64,000 nt of DNA from Myxococcota bacterium (GCA_039028615.1 JBCCHT010000001.1:544001-608000), one strand, 5' to 3'; positions 18,813-28,977 are shown, counted from the stretch's first letter. A program made the numbers and translations. The notes: generated by a model from the sequence alone, not told the origin.

Positions 18813-19853
18813 TCAGGCTGGATCGTAGGTCAAGCTCGGCAGCGGCAGCTCCCAACCTCCCGCAGGCGTCGGAACATCCACGGTGCAGATGCCCGTCCCG
18901 CCCAGGCCCGGGGGGTCCTGCTCGGGCGCGTACCAGGGGACACACGTCGCGGCCGGATCGTCGCACGTGGGGAATTCCAGGTCGCACAACGCCGCACAGC
19001 ACCCCTCGTTGCCCACGCATGCATCCGAGAGCTCGGCGTCGACGCAGATGGACCCCGCCTCGCAGACGTTGTCGAAATCGCAGGGCTGTCCCGCCTCGAA
19101 GGGGGTCGAGACGCCGGGCACGCAGGTCCATAGGCCGCCGTAGTCGGGCACGCAGACCTGGCCATCGTCGCACTCGGCGGCCAGGGGATTACACGTGGGC
19201 AAGCACAGGATGATCGCGCCTTCGTTGGAGAGACGGCAGTGGTCGCCGTCGGCACACGTGGGCGATGACTCGTCGCCTCCGCAGACGGCCACGCACTCGC
19301 CGAAATTGGTCGTGGGGTCGACGTTCCAGCACACCGATCCGAGCTCACAGGAGTCGATGCCGCTGACTCCACTCCCTTCCACCGTGCACGTCTCGCCGAT
19401 CGCATCGGGGGTGGGAGGCAAGGGCGCACAACGGGTGGAGTTCCACACCGCCCCTCCGTCGTTCGCCCACGGCATACAGGTCTCCCCCTTGGGGCAGTCC
19501 TGCACGAACATGTCGCACTCGAACTGAAACCCGCCGCCGTCGCTGCTGCAGTGCCATGGATCGTCGTCGCCGCTGTTGCACAAAAAGCCCGCGGTCGTGA
19601 GCCCATCGTCGCTGCCGCCCCCCGTGTCGAACCCACCGCCGCTGGTGTCGACCGCGGTCGTCGCTCCCGTGGTGCCCGCGGAGGGAACCGGCGGCGTGGG
19701 GTCGGGCGCGCCCGTCGATTCCGCCGCGCCCGAGGTCGATCCCATCGCCCCATCGTCGTCCCCTTGGGTCGGCCGCGCACTGCAACCGACGACAATTGCC
19801 ATCACTCCCGCGAGGGAACCCAGTCGAATCAAGCCACCATTCATAACTTCCAA
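18813..19853 (-). CDS. Cys-rich lipoprotein (paralogue of 17773-18801)
   Basis: VVGC lipobox; CDMFVQDC...CMPWANDGGAVWNSTRC...SGIDSCELGSVCWNVD. Confidence 0.8.
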   Translation of the reverse strand: MEVMNGGLIRLGSLAGVMAIVVGCSARPTQGDDDGAMGSTSGAAESTGAPDPTPPVPSAGTTGATTAVDTSGGGFDTGGGSDDGLTTAGFLCNSGDDDPWHCSSDGGGFQFECDMFVQDCPKGETCMPWANDGGAVWNSTRCAPLPPTPDAIGETCTVEGSGVSGIDSCELGSVCWNVDPTTNFGECVAVCGGDESSPTCADGDHCRLSNEGAIILCLPTCNPLAAECDDGQVCVPDYGGLWTCVPGVSTPFEAGQPCDFDNVCEAGSICVDAELSDACVGNEGCCAALCDLEFPTCDDPAATCVPWYAPEQDPPGLGGTGICTVDVPTPAGGWELPLPSLTYDPA

Positions 19854-20041
19854 AACTATTATTGACCCTATTTCGATCGAATGTCTCGCACTTTCTCTCG
19901 AATGGGCGAATTACTCATAGCCCCCGAAAATCGAGCCTGAGGAGTCGATTCCACATGATCCGCCGGTTGCGCACCTCGATCCGGCGACAGCAAGCCCAGT
20001 GGCCGGTTCAACCCCGACGAGGACGGCGCAGGGCCGTCGGC

Positions 20042-21223
20042 TCAGCCGCCCGAGGTCGCGTCTTCGGCCTCGGCACAGGGCGGCGTCGCGTCGTCGAGCT
20101 CGTCGAGGTAGCCGTCGGGCAAGGCCACCTTTTGGGTCCCGGCCGACTTGCCGCGAGGCACTCGCACCGCCGAAGGCGGAAACCGCTCGGTGGGATCCAA
20201 GCGCCCCAAGACCTCGGCCAGCGCGTCCACGGTGGCGGCCTGCATGATCTCGTGGCGCAGTCGGGCACTGCCGGGGAAGCCCTTCGTGTACCAGGTGGCG
20301 TGGCGCCGAAACATGCGAACGCCATGCTTCTCGTCGACCCACTCGACCAGCCGTCGCACGTGCTCGAGCATGATCTCGACCACCTCGCCCAGGCGCGGCG
20401 GGTCGGCGGGCGAGCGACCGTCGAACACGTCGCTGAGATCGCGAAACAGCCAAGGTCGACCCAGGCAGCCGCGGCCCACCACCACGCCGTCGCACCCGGT
20501 CTGCCGCATCATACGAAGCGCGTCTTCGGCCTCCCAGATGTCGCCGTTGCCGAGCACGGGGATCGACCGCACCGCCTGCTTGAGCTCGGCGATGGCCTCC
20601 CATCGCGCCTCCCCGTCGTACAGCTGCGCGGCCGTACGGGCATGCAACGCCACCGCGGCGCATCCTTCTTCTTCCCCGATCACCCCGGCCATGGGCGAGC
20701 TCAGGTACTGATCGTTGATGCCCATGCGGAACTTGATGGTGACCGGAATGTCCTCGGAGGCCTGCACGGCCGCCCGCACGATGCTCCGCAGCAATCGCGG
20801 CTTGATCGGGATCGCCGAACCACCGCCCTTGCGGGTGACCTTGCGAACGGGGCACCCGAAGTTCATGTCGATGTGATCGACGGCCCCCTCCCCCACCAAG
20901 CGCTTGACCGCCTCGCTGACGTAGTGCGGATCGACGCCGTAGAGCTGGAGGCTGCGGGGGCGCTCCTCGGGGCCGAAGCCGGCCAGGCGCAGGGTCTTGG
21001 CGTTGCCCATCACCAGCGGGCGCGCGGTGATCATCTCGCTGACGTAGAGGCCGGCGCCGAACCGGCGACAGATGGCGCGGAAGGGGTAGTTGGTCACCCC
21101 TGCCATCGGAGCGAGAACCACGGGCGGCCAGACCTCCATGGGCCCGATGTGGATCGGCTTGAACTCACCGGGCGTCGCCGGGGGCACGTCACGATTGAGT
21201 TCGCTGCGGTAGATCGGGTCCAC
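20042..21223 (-). CDS. dusB: tRNA-dihydrouridine synthase
   Basis: LAPMAGVT, DMNFGCP, VALHART, NGDI, GRGCLGRPW motifs. Confidence 0.92.
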   Translation of the reverse strand: MDPIYRSELNRDVPPATPGEFKPIHIGPMEVWPPVVLAPMAGVTNYPFRAICRRFGAGLYVSEMITARPLVMGNAKTLRLAGFGPEERPRSLQLYGVDPHYVSEAVKRLVGEGAVDHIDMNFGCPVRKVTRKGGGSAIPIKPRLLRSIVRAAVQASEDIPVTIKFRMGINDQYLSSPMAGVIGEEEGCAAVALHARTAAQLYDGEARWEAIAELKQAVRSIPVLGNGDIWEAEDALRMMRQTGCDGVVVGRGCLGRPWLFRDLSDVFDGRSPADPPRLGEVVEIMLEHVRRLVEWVDEKHGVRMFRRHATWYTKGFPGSARLRHEIMQAATVDALAEVLGRLDPTERFPPSAVRVPRGKSAGTQKVALPDGYLDELDDATPPCAEAEDATSGG

Positions 21224-21299
21224 GGAGCGGATCGGATAGCACGATCCCGCGCAGAGGGGGCCGAGCGCTCCCGACGCGACGTCGCGCCATGGGATCGAG

Positions 21300-22004
21300 T
21301 CAGCCCGCGGCCGCCACCGACGGGTTACGGCCTTCCGCCCACGCGAGGGCGAGGAGCATCGAGATGTAGGTCATGCCCAAGACCGGCACCGTGGTGCCGG
21401 ACAGCGCCGGGCTCGCTTCGATCCCGAGCAGCTCTCCCGTCGAGTGCGTGGCCGTCAGGTACAAGAACGCCAAGCCACCCCCGAATACGGCGGCCCACGT
21501 CACCCAGGTCGCGGGTGTGCGACGGATGCCCGCGGCCGCGTCGGTGCGCAGCACCCAGGCCATGGTCACCACGATGAACGCCAGCTCGAGCGTGATCGCC
21601 ACGTAGGGCGCAGTCTCGTAAAAGCCCGTCGCGACGACCTGGCTGTCCGGGCCGAACACGAAGTGCTCGAAACCACCGACGTAGTCGGTCACCGCGTGCA
21701 CCAGCACCAGCGCCGCGCCCACGAGCCCCGGCTTCCAAGCGCCGAACAGTGCCCGCCCTGCGACCAGGGCCAATGCTGCCCACAGCGGCATCGGCAGGAG
21801 GTCGTGGCTGTAGGTCATGTCGACGTCCAAGGTCTGGAGCGTCACCACCAACACGTTGTCGGGCAGCGTCGGCTCGAGCCCGAGGTAGTGGAAGCACAGC
21901 CACAACAGATCGGGCAGCTGACACGCCACCAGGTAGAACGCGAAGTGCCCCAGCGGAGCCCGTTGTTTGGCCAAGATTGCAGTGGTGAAATGTCCAGCGA
22001 GCAT
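21300..22004 (-). CDS. Integral membrane protein (metal-dependent hydrolase-like)
   Basis: MLAGHF, QLPDLLW, YSHDL, HAVTD His/Asp motifs among TM helices; AAGGAGG RBS before ATG 22004. Confidence 0.7.
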   Translation of the reverse strand: MLAGHFTTAILAKQRAPLGHFAFYLVACQLPDLLWLCFHYLGLEPTLPDNVLVVTLQTLDVDMTYSHDLLPMPLWAALALVAGRALFGAWKPGLVGAALVLVHAVTDYVGGFEHFVFGPDSQVVATGFYETAPYVAITLELAFIVVTMAWVLRTDAAAGIRRTPATWVTWAAVFGGGLAFLYLTATHSTGELLGIEASPALSGTTVPVLGMTYISMLLALAWAEGRNPSVAAAG

Positions 22005-22061
22005 CGTCGTCCTCCTTCGTGCCAAGCACGCATTGAGCGCGCCTCGGAGCCTTCGCTCCTT

Positions 22062-22138
22062 TTTCGTACCGAGTGGTACAAATCAGATAATTGACACACA
22101 GAGTGGTGTCAAGGCGTTTTGTACCGTAAGGTACGAAA
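22062..22138. promoter_or_regulatory. Divergent promoter region with two palindromic TetR-type operators
   Basis: GTACC-N4-GGTAC at 22066-22079 and 22121-22134, flanking opposed TTGACA hexamers (22091-22096 on +, 22107-22112 on -). Confidence 0.75.
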
Positions 22139-22141
22139 TAG

Positions 22142-22744
22142 ATGACGGAGCCGGGCAAGCGGGCGCGCGGACGCCCCCGTTCGGTCGATCGGCAGTCCGC
22201 CGTCGACCTCGCCATGGACACCTACTGGCGCCTCGGCCTGTCGGCGCTGTCGCTCAACGAGATGTGCAAGCGCGTCGGCTTGTCCAAGCCCGCGCTGTAT
22301 CGAGAGTTCGGCGGCGAAGATGGATTGCAAGCCGCAGCCCTCGCGACCTACCGACACCACGTCGTCCGTCCGATGCTCGATCAGCTCGACGGCGACGCCC
22401 CTTTGGCGACGATGCTCGAAGCCGCGGTCGTGGGCCTCACCTCCGACCGCGGCACTCCGCCCGGCTGCCTGTTCACCAAGCTGCGGATCGCCAAGTCACG
22501 CCTGGGCCCGGCCGCCCTCGAGGCGATCGACGGACTCGAGCGAGAGCACCTCGCCGACTACCGGGCGCTGTACCAACGCGGGCTCGATCGCGGGCAGGCC
22601 AACCCCGAGCTGGACGCGGAGTTTGCCGCCATCTACATCGACACGCAGCTCGCCTCCGTGCTCGTGCAGATGGGCATCGGCATCGACCCGATGCAAGTGC
22701 GTCGGCAGGGCCTGCTGGCGATGCAAGTCCTCGTCGCGCGCTAG
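22142..22744 (+). CDS. TetR/AcrR-family transcriptional regulator
   Basis: RGRPRS...GLSKPALYREFGGEDGL HTH; GCLF motif. Confidence 0.92.
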   Translation: MTEPGKRARGRPRSVDRQSAVDLAMDTYWRLGLSALSLNEMCKRVGLSKPALYREFGGEDGLQAAALATYRHHVVRPMLDQLDGDAPLATMLEAAVVGLTSDRGTPPGCLFTKLRIAKSRLGPAALEAIDGLEREHLADYRALYQRGLDRGQANPELDAEFAAIYIDTQLASVLVQMGIGIDPMQVRRQGLLAMQVLVAR

Positions 22745-22888
22745 CACCCACCTCGAAGACACTCAGCGTGCCACTTCGCCGCCGCTTCCATCGATCACAC
22801 ACTTCGTCCGTACACTCATCGTGCCACTTCGGCGTGGCCTCACCTTCTCGACCGATGACAAGCGACGGCGGGCCGCTACTCTCCACCG

Positions 22889-24325
22889 GTGGCATCGCTC
22901 CCCGTCGCGGGTCTCCCTGGTCTTCGCCCCATCCCCCTCATCGGTCCATCGCTGGCGCTGATCCGAGTGTTCACGGATCCGTTGCGAACCCTGCCCAAGC
23001 TCTACGCCGAGCACGGCTCCATCGCCGCCATGGGCCGAGGCGACGCCACCGTCGTGTGTGCGTTCGGGCCGACCTACAACCAACAGCTGCTCCCTCGCGC
23101 GCAGCAGTTCGAGGTCTCGACCGATCGCCCCATCCCGCTGCCCGACAACACCGCCTTGTCGCGGCTGTCGGGCAACCTTTCGCGCACCAACGGCGACGCC
23201 CACCGCCGGATCCGTCGCCTGATGATGCCCGCGTTCAGCAAGACGGCGATGAGCGGCTACCACGGGGCCATGACCGACGTCCTGACGACGCACATGAGTC
23301 GCTGGCGCCCGGGGGAAACCGTCGACCTGGCGCTGGCGATGCATCGCATCACCTTGGACATGTTCTCGACGTGCCTGTTCGGCGTCTCGCCCGAAGCCGG
23401 ACACCACGGGGAAGAAGGCCTCGCCCAGCTCGCGGCGGTGTTCCTGCGGGGCATGACTTCGCCCGCCACGATGCTGCTGCCGGTCGACTTGCCCTTCCTG
23501 CCCTTCGGCAAGCACATGCGACGCTGCGAAGAGCTGGAGCTGCGCATGCAGGCCCTCGTCGCCCAGCGGCGCGCCGAGGGCCTCGAGGGGCGCAAAGACG
23601 CGGTCTCGCTGCTCCTACGAAGCTGCGACGAGGACACCGAAGGGCACACGCCGCTCGACGAAGCGGAGATCATCGCCAACATGATCCTGCTGTTCCTGGC
23701 CGGCTACGAGACCACCGCCAACGGCCTGTGCGGTGCGCTGATGCTGCTGGCGCAGCACCCCGAGCGTCAGGTGGAGCTCCGCGAACAGCTCGACGGACGC
23801 TTCGGCGGCGGCACCCCGAGCGTGGAAGAGCTCGCCGAGCTTCCGCTGCTCGGCGCGGTGGTCAACGAAGCGCTGCGCATGCTGCCGCCGGTCTACATCA
23901 CGCTCGTGCGCCGCTCCACCGCGCCCTTCCGCCTCGGCCAGTGGGAGCTCCCCGCCGACGCGAAGCTCGTGCTCAGCCCGCTCATCACCCATCACATGCC
24001 CGAGGTCTGGGCCGATCCCAAGCGCTTTTCGCCCGCGCGATTTTTGGAGCGCAAGCCCACGCCCTACGAGTTCATGCCCTTCGGCGGCGGCTCTCGGCGC
24101 TGCATCGGGGCGGCGTTCTCCGACCTCGAGATGCGCCTGGGCCTGGCCATGCTGCTACAGCGCTTCTCCTTCGGCCTCGAGGCGGGCCAACGCATCGACC
24201 TGCAGACTCGGGCCATCACCCTGGGCGCCAAGGGCTCGGTGCGCACGCGGCTGTTCGCGCCCATCGACCAGCCGCGGCGTCCCACCTCGGTCGACGGGGA
24301 CATCCAAGACTGGGTCCGGTGGTGA
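22889..24325 (+). CDS. Cytochrome P450
   Basis: AGYETT (I-helix), EALR (ExxR), PFGGGSRRCIG heme-ligand motif. Confidence 0.95.
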   Translation: MASLPVAGLPGLRPIPLIGPSLALIRVFTDPLRTLPKLYAEHGSIAAMGRGDATVVCAFGPTYNQQLLPRAQQFEVSTDRPIPLPDNTALSRLSGNLSRTNGDAHRRIRRLMMPAFSKTAMSGYHGAMTDVLTTHMSRWRPGETVDLALAMHRITLDMFSTCLFGVSPEAGHHGEEGLAQLAAVFLRGMTSPATMLLPVDLPFLPFGKHMRRCEELELRMQALVAQRRAEGLEGRKDAVSLLLRSCDEDTEGHTPLDEAEIIANMILLFLAGYETTANGLCGALMLLAQHPERQVELREQLDGRFGGGTPSVEELAELPLLGAVVNEALRMLPPVYITLVRRSTAPFRLGQWELPADAKLVLSPLITHHMPEVWADPKRFSPARFLERKPTPYEFMPFGGGSRRCIGAAFSDLEMRLGLAMLLQRFSFGLEAGQRIDLQTRAITLGAKGSVRTRLFAPIDQPRRPTSVDGDIQDWVRW

Positions 24326-24334
24326 ACGCAAACA

Positions 24335-24370
24335 CACCCATCGAGCCGACCAAGGTCGGTCCGATGGGTG
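24335..24370. terminator. Stem-loop between convergent P450 and UbiA genes
   Basis: CACCCATCG...CCGACC-AA-GGTCGG...CGATGGGTG inverted repeat; no U-tract. Confidence 0.45.
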
Positions 24371-24398
24371 CGCGGTGTCGATATGCTCGCGGTCGTGG

Positions 24399-25247
24399 CT
24401 AGCTGAACAGCGACACGACGAGCCACAGGATCGGGTACAGCGCGAAGATCACGTAGAGCACCGAGGCCTGCGAGCGCGCCCGCTTCATGGGCACGAAGAG
24501 CCAGACGAAGGCGACGCCGCTAATCGCCAGCAAGCCCTGCATCTGCTCTTGGAAGCACAGCCAGGCCAGCACCACGAGCACGGCCCGGCACGCCCAGATC
24601 GCCCCCTTTTGGCCGAGCAGTACCGCGGTGGTGATCTTGCCCTGGATCTTGTCCGTCTTCATGTCGGTGATCTCTCCCGACAGCTGCAAGGCCGCGACGT
24701 AGAGCGACGCGATGACCGCGAGCACGAGCGACGGCCCGGGCAGATCGCTGACCATGGACGGCATGAACAGCGCGTGCAGGTAGACGTACACGACGATGAC
24801 CAGCTCCAGCGGGCCCCGACGGCTGAGCTGGAAGGGCTTTTCGTTGTAGCTCGCGTTGGCGAACAAGAACGATGCGACCAACGCCACGATGCCCAGCATG
24901 CTGGCCCCCGCCCACCACATGCAGGCACCCACCGCCAGCGTGGACAGCACGATCGTGCGCGGGACCCAGGCCATCTCCGTGTGCGAGTAGGCCATGCCGA
25001 AGGCGTTCACCAGCAGGTTGTCCTGCGTGGTCTTGCGCTTGCAGTGCGCATCCACGTCGGCGTCGCGCAGGTCGTTCCAGGCGCAGGCGATGAAGTTCAT
25101 GGGCACGACCACGATGGCCAGCCCCAGCCACAGCATCCAGCCCCGAAGATCGGCCGGGTCGGGGATGGCGAACATGTAGACCGCCGAGGTTACCCCCCAC
25201 ATCCCCGGTCGAGACATCATCACGTAGCGTCGAATCGCATCACTCAT
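24399..25247 (-). CDS. UbiA-family prenyltransferase
   Basis: NDLRDADVD and EITDMKTD Asp-rich motifs, GKITTAVLLG, multiple TMs. Confidence 0.85.
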   Translation of the reverse strand: MSDAIRRYVMMSRPGMWGVTSAVYMFAIPDPADLRGWMLWLGLAIVVVPMNFIACAWNDLRDADVDAHCKRKTTQDNLLVNAFGMAYSHTEMAWVPRTIVLSTLAVGACMWWAGASMLGIVALVASFLFANASYNEKPFQLSRRGPLELVIVVYVYLHALFMPSMVSDLPGPSLVLAVIASLYVAALQLSGEITDMKTDKIQGKITTAVLLGQKGAIWACRAVLVVLAWLCFQEQMQGLLAISGVAFVWLFVPMKRARSQASVLYVIFALYPILWLVVSLFS

Positions 25248-25251
25248 TGGT

Positions 25252-25752
25252 TCATTTGCCCTGTTCGGTAACTCGCCAGTCGTCGATGGCGAGCGCTTTG
25301 GTCAGCAAGCCCTCACACGCTGCCGCAGCAGCGTCTGCCCCCAAGACCCCTTGCGGACCGATGAAAATGGCCTCGGTATCGTTGCGCGCGTGCACCCGAT
25401 TCCCCACGATCAAGTTCGTCTGGAATTGCAGCAAGCGGCCGCTCATGCCGAGCGCCCGCGTATCGAGCGTGTAGCGGGTGTTCCGGCTCAACTCGCGGCG
25501 ATAGACGATGCGCTGGGAGGCCACGACGGCCTTCACTCCCTGGCTCCGCCAGCGCATGAGCGCCCCCGAGCGGATCAGCCAATCCGCGCGAGACAGCTCC
25601 ATGACCTGGGCGTACACCGCCTGGTTCATGTGCAAGTTGATGTCGATTTCGCCGAGGCGAACCCGACGATGGATCCGGGAAACGAGCGCTCCATCCCGCG
25701 CTACGGCTGCGCGTAGCAGGACGGGAAGTGTGCGACTGAGGTAACTCAACAT
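25252..25752 (-). CDS. Hotdog-fold acyl-CoA thioesterase-like protein
   Basis: EIDINLHMNQAVY motif, IVYRREL. Confidence 0.8.
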   Translation of the reverse strand: MLSYLSRTLPVLLRAAVARDGALVSRIHRRVRLGEIDINLHMNQAVYAQVMELSRADWLIRSGALMRWRSQGVKAVVASQRIVYRRELSRNTRYTLDTRALGMSGRLLQFQTNLIVGNRVHARNDTEAIFIGPQGVLGADAAAAACEGLLTKALAIDDWRVTEQGK

Positions 25753-26197
25753 TGGCGTGATTCAGCCGATCTTCGAGATTCGGTCGATCCTGAGATCGTC
25801 CGAACTCCGAGGATGAACACCGCGAACGCTCGACCGCGCGAGAGTTCGGAGTGTATGGGAGATGGTCTCCGAGTCCAGTCGTCTCGCACCGACACGAGGA
25901 GTCGTGAATGTGCGCTGTCGCAGGGTCTCGGGACGTGATTGCACGATGGCCGCCGGGTGAATACACCCATCGTGCCGCGAAGTCAGCACCCCCAACGTGC
26001 GACCCGGAGCCGCGGTCGTATCGTGGTCGTCAATCGATGAGTTCGCAGGTCGTTCGCCATTCGTGCCAAACGAGTCACGCGTGGGTCCGGCTCACGCGTC
26101 GATCGTCGTCGAATGTCGACGCGGCATTGCTCATAGGGGTTCCAACGACACGACATCGCACGCTGGCACGATGGGAGTCTTTTCGCAGAAAGTCGCA

Positions 26198-27010
26198 TCA
26201 CCGCTGCGACGCGATGTCGTACCTCTTCGCCGGTCGGCGCCACAATCCCACCAGAAGAAGCAACGCCCACGCGCCGCCGAACCGATCACCCGACAGCCCA
26301 CAACTCGCACAACCTCGATCGCTCACTCCGACGTCGGTCTGCCCCCCGTCCCCACCGGAACCCGTCGTGCTCCCCGTGTTCGGGAGGCTGGGCCCGCCGC
26401 TGGTGCTGGTGGATTCTGGCCCCGTGCCGTCGTCACCCGCCACACCGGTCGATCCCACCGTGCCTGCGCCCCCGCTCGAGTCACCGCCCGTCGGCAGGCA
26501 CATCGCCCCCCGCCCCGTCTTCGCGCACTCGAGCGAGCCCTTGCACTGCTCGAGGAAGCGAGACTGGCCGCCGTTGTCGGCACACAGGCGCACAGCTCCA
26601 CGGGAACAGAAGGTCTCTCCCGGCGTGCAGACCTGCGGCTCGCACGTACTGCTGGCGAGGCAGTACTCGCCTCGGCCACAGTGCGCGTCTTCGAGGCAGG
26701 CTTGGCACGTCGAGTCATCGAGGTCGCAGTGGGGCTGCCGCGGCGGGCAATCGGCATCGGTGCGACACGCGAAGATGCACTCGCCATGGCTCGCGCACTG
26801 CATGCCCTCCGTGCAGTGCTCGTCCTCGACGCACTCCTCACAGGTGCCCTCGGGGATGTCGCAATACGGCGCCCAGTCGTTGAAGCAATCCTCGTCCTCG
26901 GTGCAGGGCGGATTGCCGATGTCGAAGATCGGAACGCCCGCGATGGCTGGCGAGGCCGCGACGAACAACGAGCCGCAGTACAGACCGGAGCCGAGCAGGA
27001 GCCTTCTCAT
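26198..27010 (-). CDS. Cys-rich exported protein with MYXO-CTERM-like sorting signal
   Basis: Signal peptide; CxxDxxC repeats; C-terminal GCASC...WALLLLVGLWRR. Confidence 0.7.
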   Translation of the reverse strand: MRRLLLGSGLYCGSLFVAASPAIAGVPIFDIGNPPCTEDEDCFNDWAPYCDIPEGTCEECVEDEHCTEGMQCASHGECIFACRTDADCPPRQPHCDLDDSTCQACLEDAHCGRGEYCLASSTCEPQVCTPGETFCSRGAVRLCADNGGQSRFLEQCKGSLECAKTGRGAMCLPTGGDSSGGAGTVGSTGVAGDDGTGPESTSTSGGPSLPNTGSTTGSGGDGGQTDVGVSDRGCASCGLSGDRFGGAWALLLLVGLWRRPAKRYDIASQR

Positions 27011-27116
27011 CGCTTCATTGAAGCGCAATCGCGTGCCCACGTGAACATGCCGAGGCACTGCGGGCTCGGTTCTCATGGCCGAAATCGCGCTAGCACCCCC
27101 GACGGCGCCGCTCGCA

Positions 27117-28190
27117 TTACTCGGCGGCCGGAGCGGGCGGCCAGACATGGGCAAAACGCTCGCTCAATCGCCCTTCTTCGTGCCCGAACCAGTACGGCGG
27201 TCGGGCCTCGGGGCCGTCATAGATCCGCGCCAACCAGCTGATTCCCCCGCGGCCGACGTAGTGATCGGTGCGGTCGAAGACCGGATCCGCCAGTGCCTCC
27301 GCAAGGCCGACCAGCACCCAGCCACGTTCGCGGAAGTCCGCCAGCACGTCGGCGAGGTGATCGGCCGCCAGTTCGTTGACGTGAAAGAGCACCGTCTGGG
27401 GTGTGTCGGCACCGGTCTCGTGGCGAGCCAGCAGCCGCCCCTGCTCCACCGCCTCGACCATGTGCGTGCGATAGGCCTGCACCACCTCCGCCTTCAGGAC
27501 TTCGTCGCCTTGCGTCATCGCCTCGCGATAGACGAAGGCCAGCAGCCATTCGGTGGTCGCCACCGTGACGTGGGCATTGTCGTAGCCCAGCGCGGCCAGC
27601 CGATCGCGAGCCTCGTCGCGCAGCTGCACCGTGTCCCCCTGGCTGAGGTAGGGGTAGCGAAACCACGTGGGCGGCTGCGGCAGACGGGCGCTGAGCTGCT
27701 CGTGGCAGCGGGCGACGTCGTCCATCCACGCATCCAGCGGCGTGTCGGCCAAGTTGGCGTGGCTGCTGGTGTGGTTGCCCACCACCATGCCCGCCTCGGA
27801 CCACAGCTCCACGCTGCGTTCCTGCGGCCGCAAGCGATCGCAGTTGAAGAATACGGAGGCGGGCGCTTCGAACTCGTGCAAGGTCGCCAGGATCCGCCGA
27901 TTGAGCGCCATGACCTGCTCGGGCGTGGGGCTCGGGCTGCCGCCATCGACATAGGGCGCATCGTCGAAGCTCAGGTGCACGCGCAGCGGGGCCTCGGCGT
28001 CCACGGGGGGCTCGGCGTCGGCTTCGGGCACCACGACGGGCTCCGGCCGCTCCGCGGGGACCGTGCTCGGCGTCGAGCAGCTGGCCACGACCGCCGCGAG
28101 CAACAACACGACGCCCAAGAGGAACCAGCCGTTGGACGCGACGTCACACGGGTCGGTGAATCTCGATCGCATCGGCACACGTCTCGACAT
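27117..28190 (-). CDS. Polysaccharide deacetylase (CE4/NodB fold), exported or lipoprotein
   Basis: LSFDDAP, GNHTSSH, FRYPY, LFHVN motifs; start overlaps the upstream GT gene. Confidence 0.85.
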   Translation of the reverse strand: MSRRVPMRSRFTDPCDVASNGWFLLGVVLLLAAVVASCSTPSTVPAERPEPVVVPEADAEPPVDAEAPLRVHLSFDDAPYVDGGSPSPTPEQVMALNRRILATLHEFEAPASVFFNCDRLRPQERSVELWSEAGMVVGNHTSSHANLADTPLDAWMDDVARCHEQLSARLPQPPTWFRYPYLSQGDTVQLRDEARDRLAALGYDNAHVTVATTEWLLAFVYREAMTQGDEVLKAEVVQAYRTHMVEAVEQGRLLARHETGADTPQTVLFHVNELAADHLADVLADFRERGWVLVGLAEALADPVFDRTDHYVGRGGISWLARIYDGPEARPPYWFGHEEGRLSERFAHVWPPAPAAE

Positions 28191-28977
28191 CGTCGGCGTA
28201 GGTCCCTCGATGGTACCCGAGGCGATAGTTCGCCAGGCAGACCGAGAAGTTGTCGTGCTCGGTGCCCGCGGTGTCGCCCCCCGCTCGCTTCGCGTTGCCG
28301 TGGCTGAGATGCACCACCCGACCCAGCGCCCGTCGCCGCGCCAGCCCGGACAGCTGCAGCCGCGCCACCAGGTCGAGGTCTTCCCAGCCCCAGCCCACCA
28401 GGTCCGAGTTCATGCCGTCGATGGCCTCGAAGTGGTCCCGCTGCAGCACGATGAGCCCGGGGCCGCTGCGGCTACCGTCGTCGAAGCGCAGGCGGTTGGT
28501 CTCGATCCACACCGTCTCGCCCTGCGCGGTCACGAGCCCCACCGCGTTGGCGATGCCCTGCACGCCCTGCACGCCCTGCACGGGGGTCGGCGAGACCTCG
28601 GGGGCCTCGGATTCCACGACCTGCTCGACGGTCACGAACTCACCGCTGGCGACGCGACCGAGCGCCTCGTCGACGAAGTCGGCGTCCAAGATCACGTCGC
28701 AGTCGAGGAAGAACAGGTGCCGCCCGCGAGCGGCGTGCACGCCCAGGTTGAGCGCCAGCGCCTTGTTGAAGCCGTCGGCGGGGACATCGACTCGGGTCAC
28801 GGGCACGGCCAGGTCACGCATCGCGTCGGCCAGCCACTGCTCGTCGCCCGCACAGTTGACGACCACGACCTCCACGCCATGGCGCTCGAAGATCGCCGCG
28901 TTGTCGGCCAGGGTTCGCGGCAGCTCGGCCCGATCGCACCACGGGATGATCACCGACAGCTCGGGGGCCACGGTCAT
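28144..28977 (-). CDS. GT-A fold glycosyltransferase (GT2 with GT7C-like C-terminus)
   Basis: LSVIIP, FNKALALNLG, FFLDCD (DxD), GWGWEDLD, VHLSH. Confidence 0.88.
   Translation of the reverse strand: MTVAPELSVIIPWCDRAELPRTLADNAAIFERHGVEVVVVNCAGDEQWLADAMRDLAVPVTRVDVPADGFNKALALNLGVHAARGRHLFFLDCDVILDADFVDEALGRVASGEFVTVEQVVESEAPEVSPTPVQGVQGVQGIANAVGLVTAQGETVWIETNRLRFDDGSRSGPGLIVLQRDHFEAIDGMNSDLVGWGWEDLDLVARLQLSGLARRRALGRVVHLSHGNAKRAGGDTAGTEHDNFSVCLANYRLGYHRGTYADDVETCADAIEIHRPV

Noticed and set aside
25753..26197. 445-bp intergenic region as possible ncRNA or gene remnant
   Set aside because: No recognisable RNA motif, repeat or protein-like ORF
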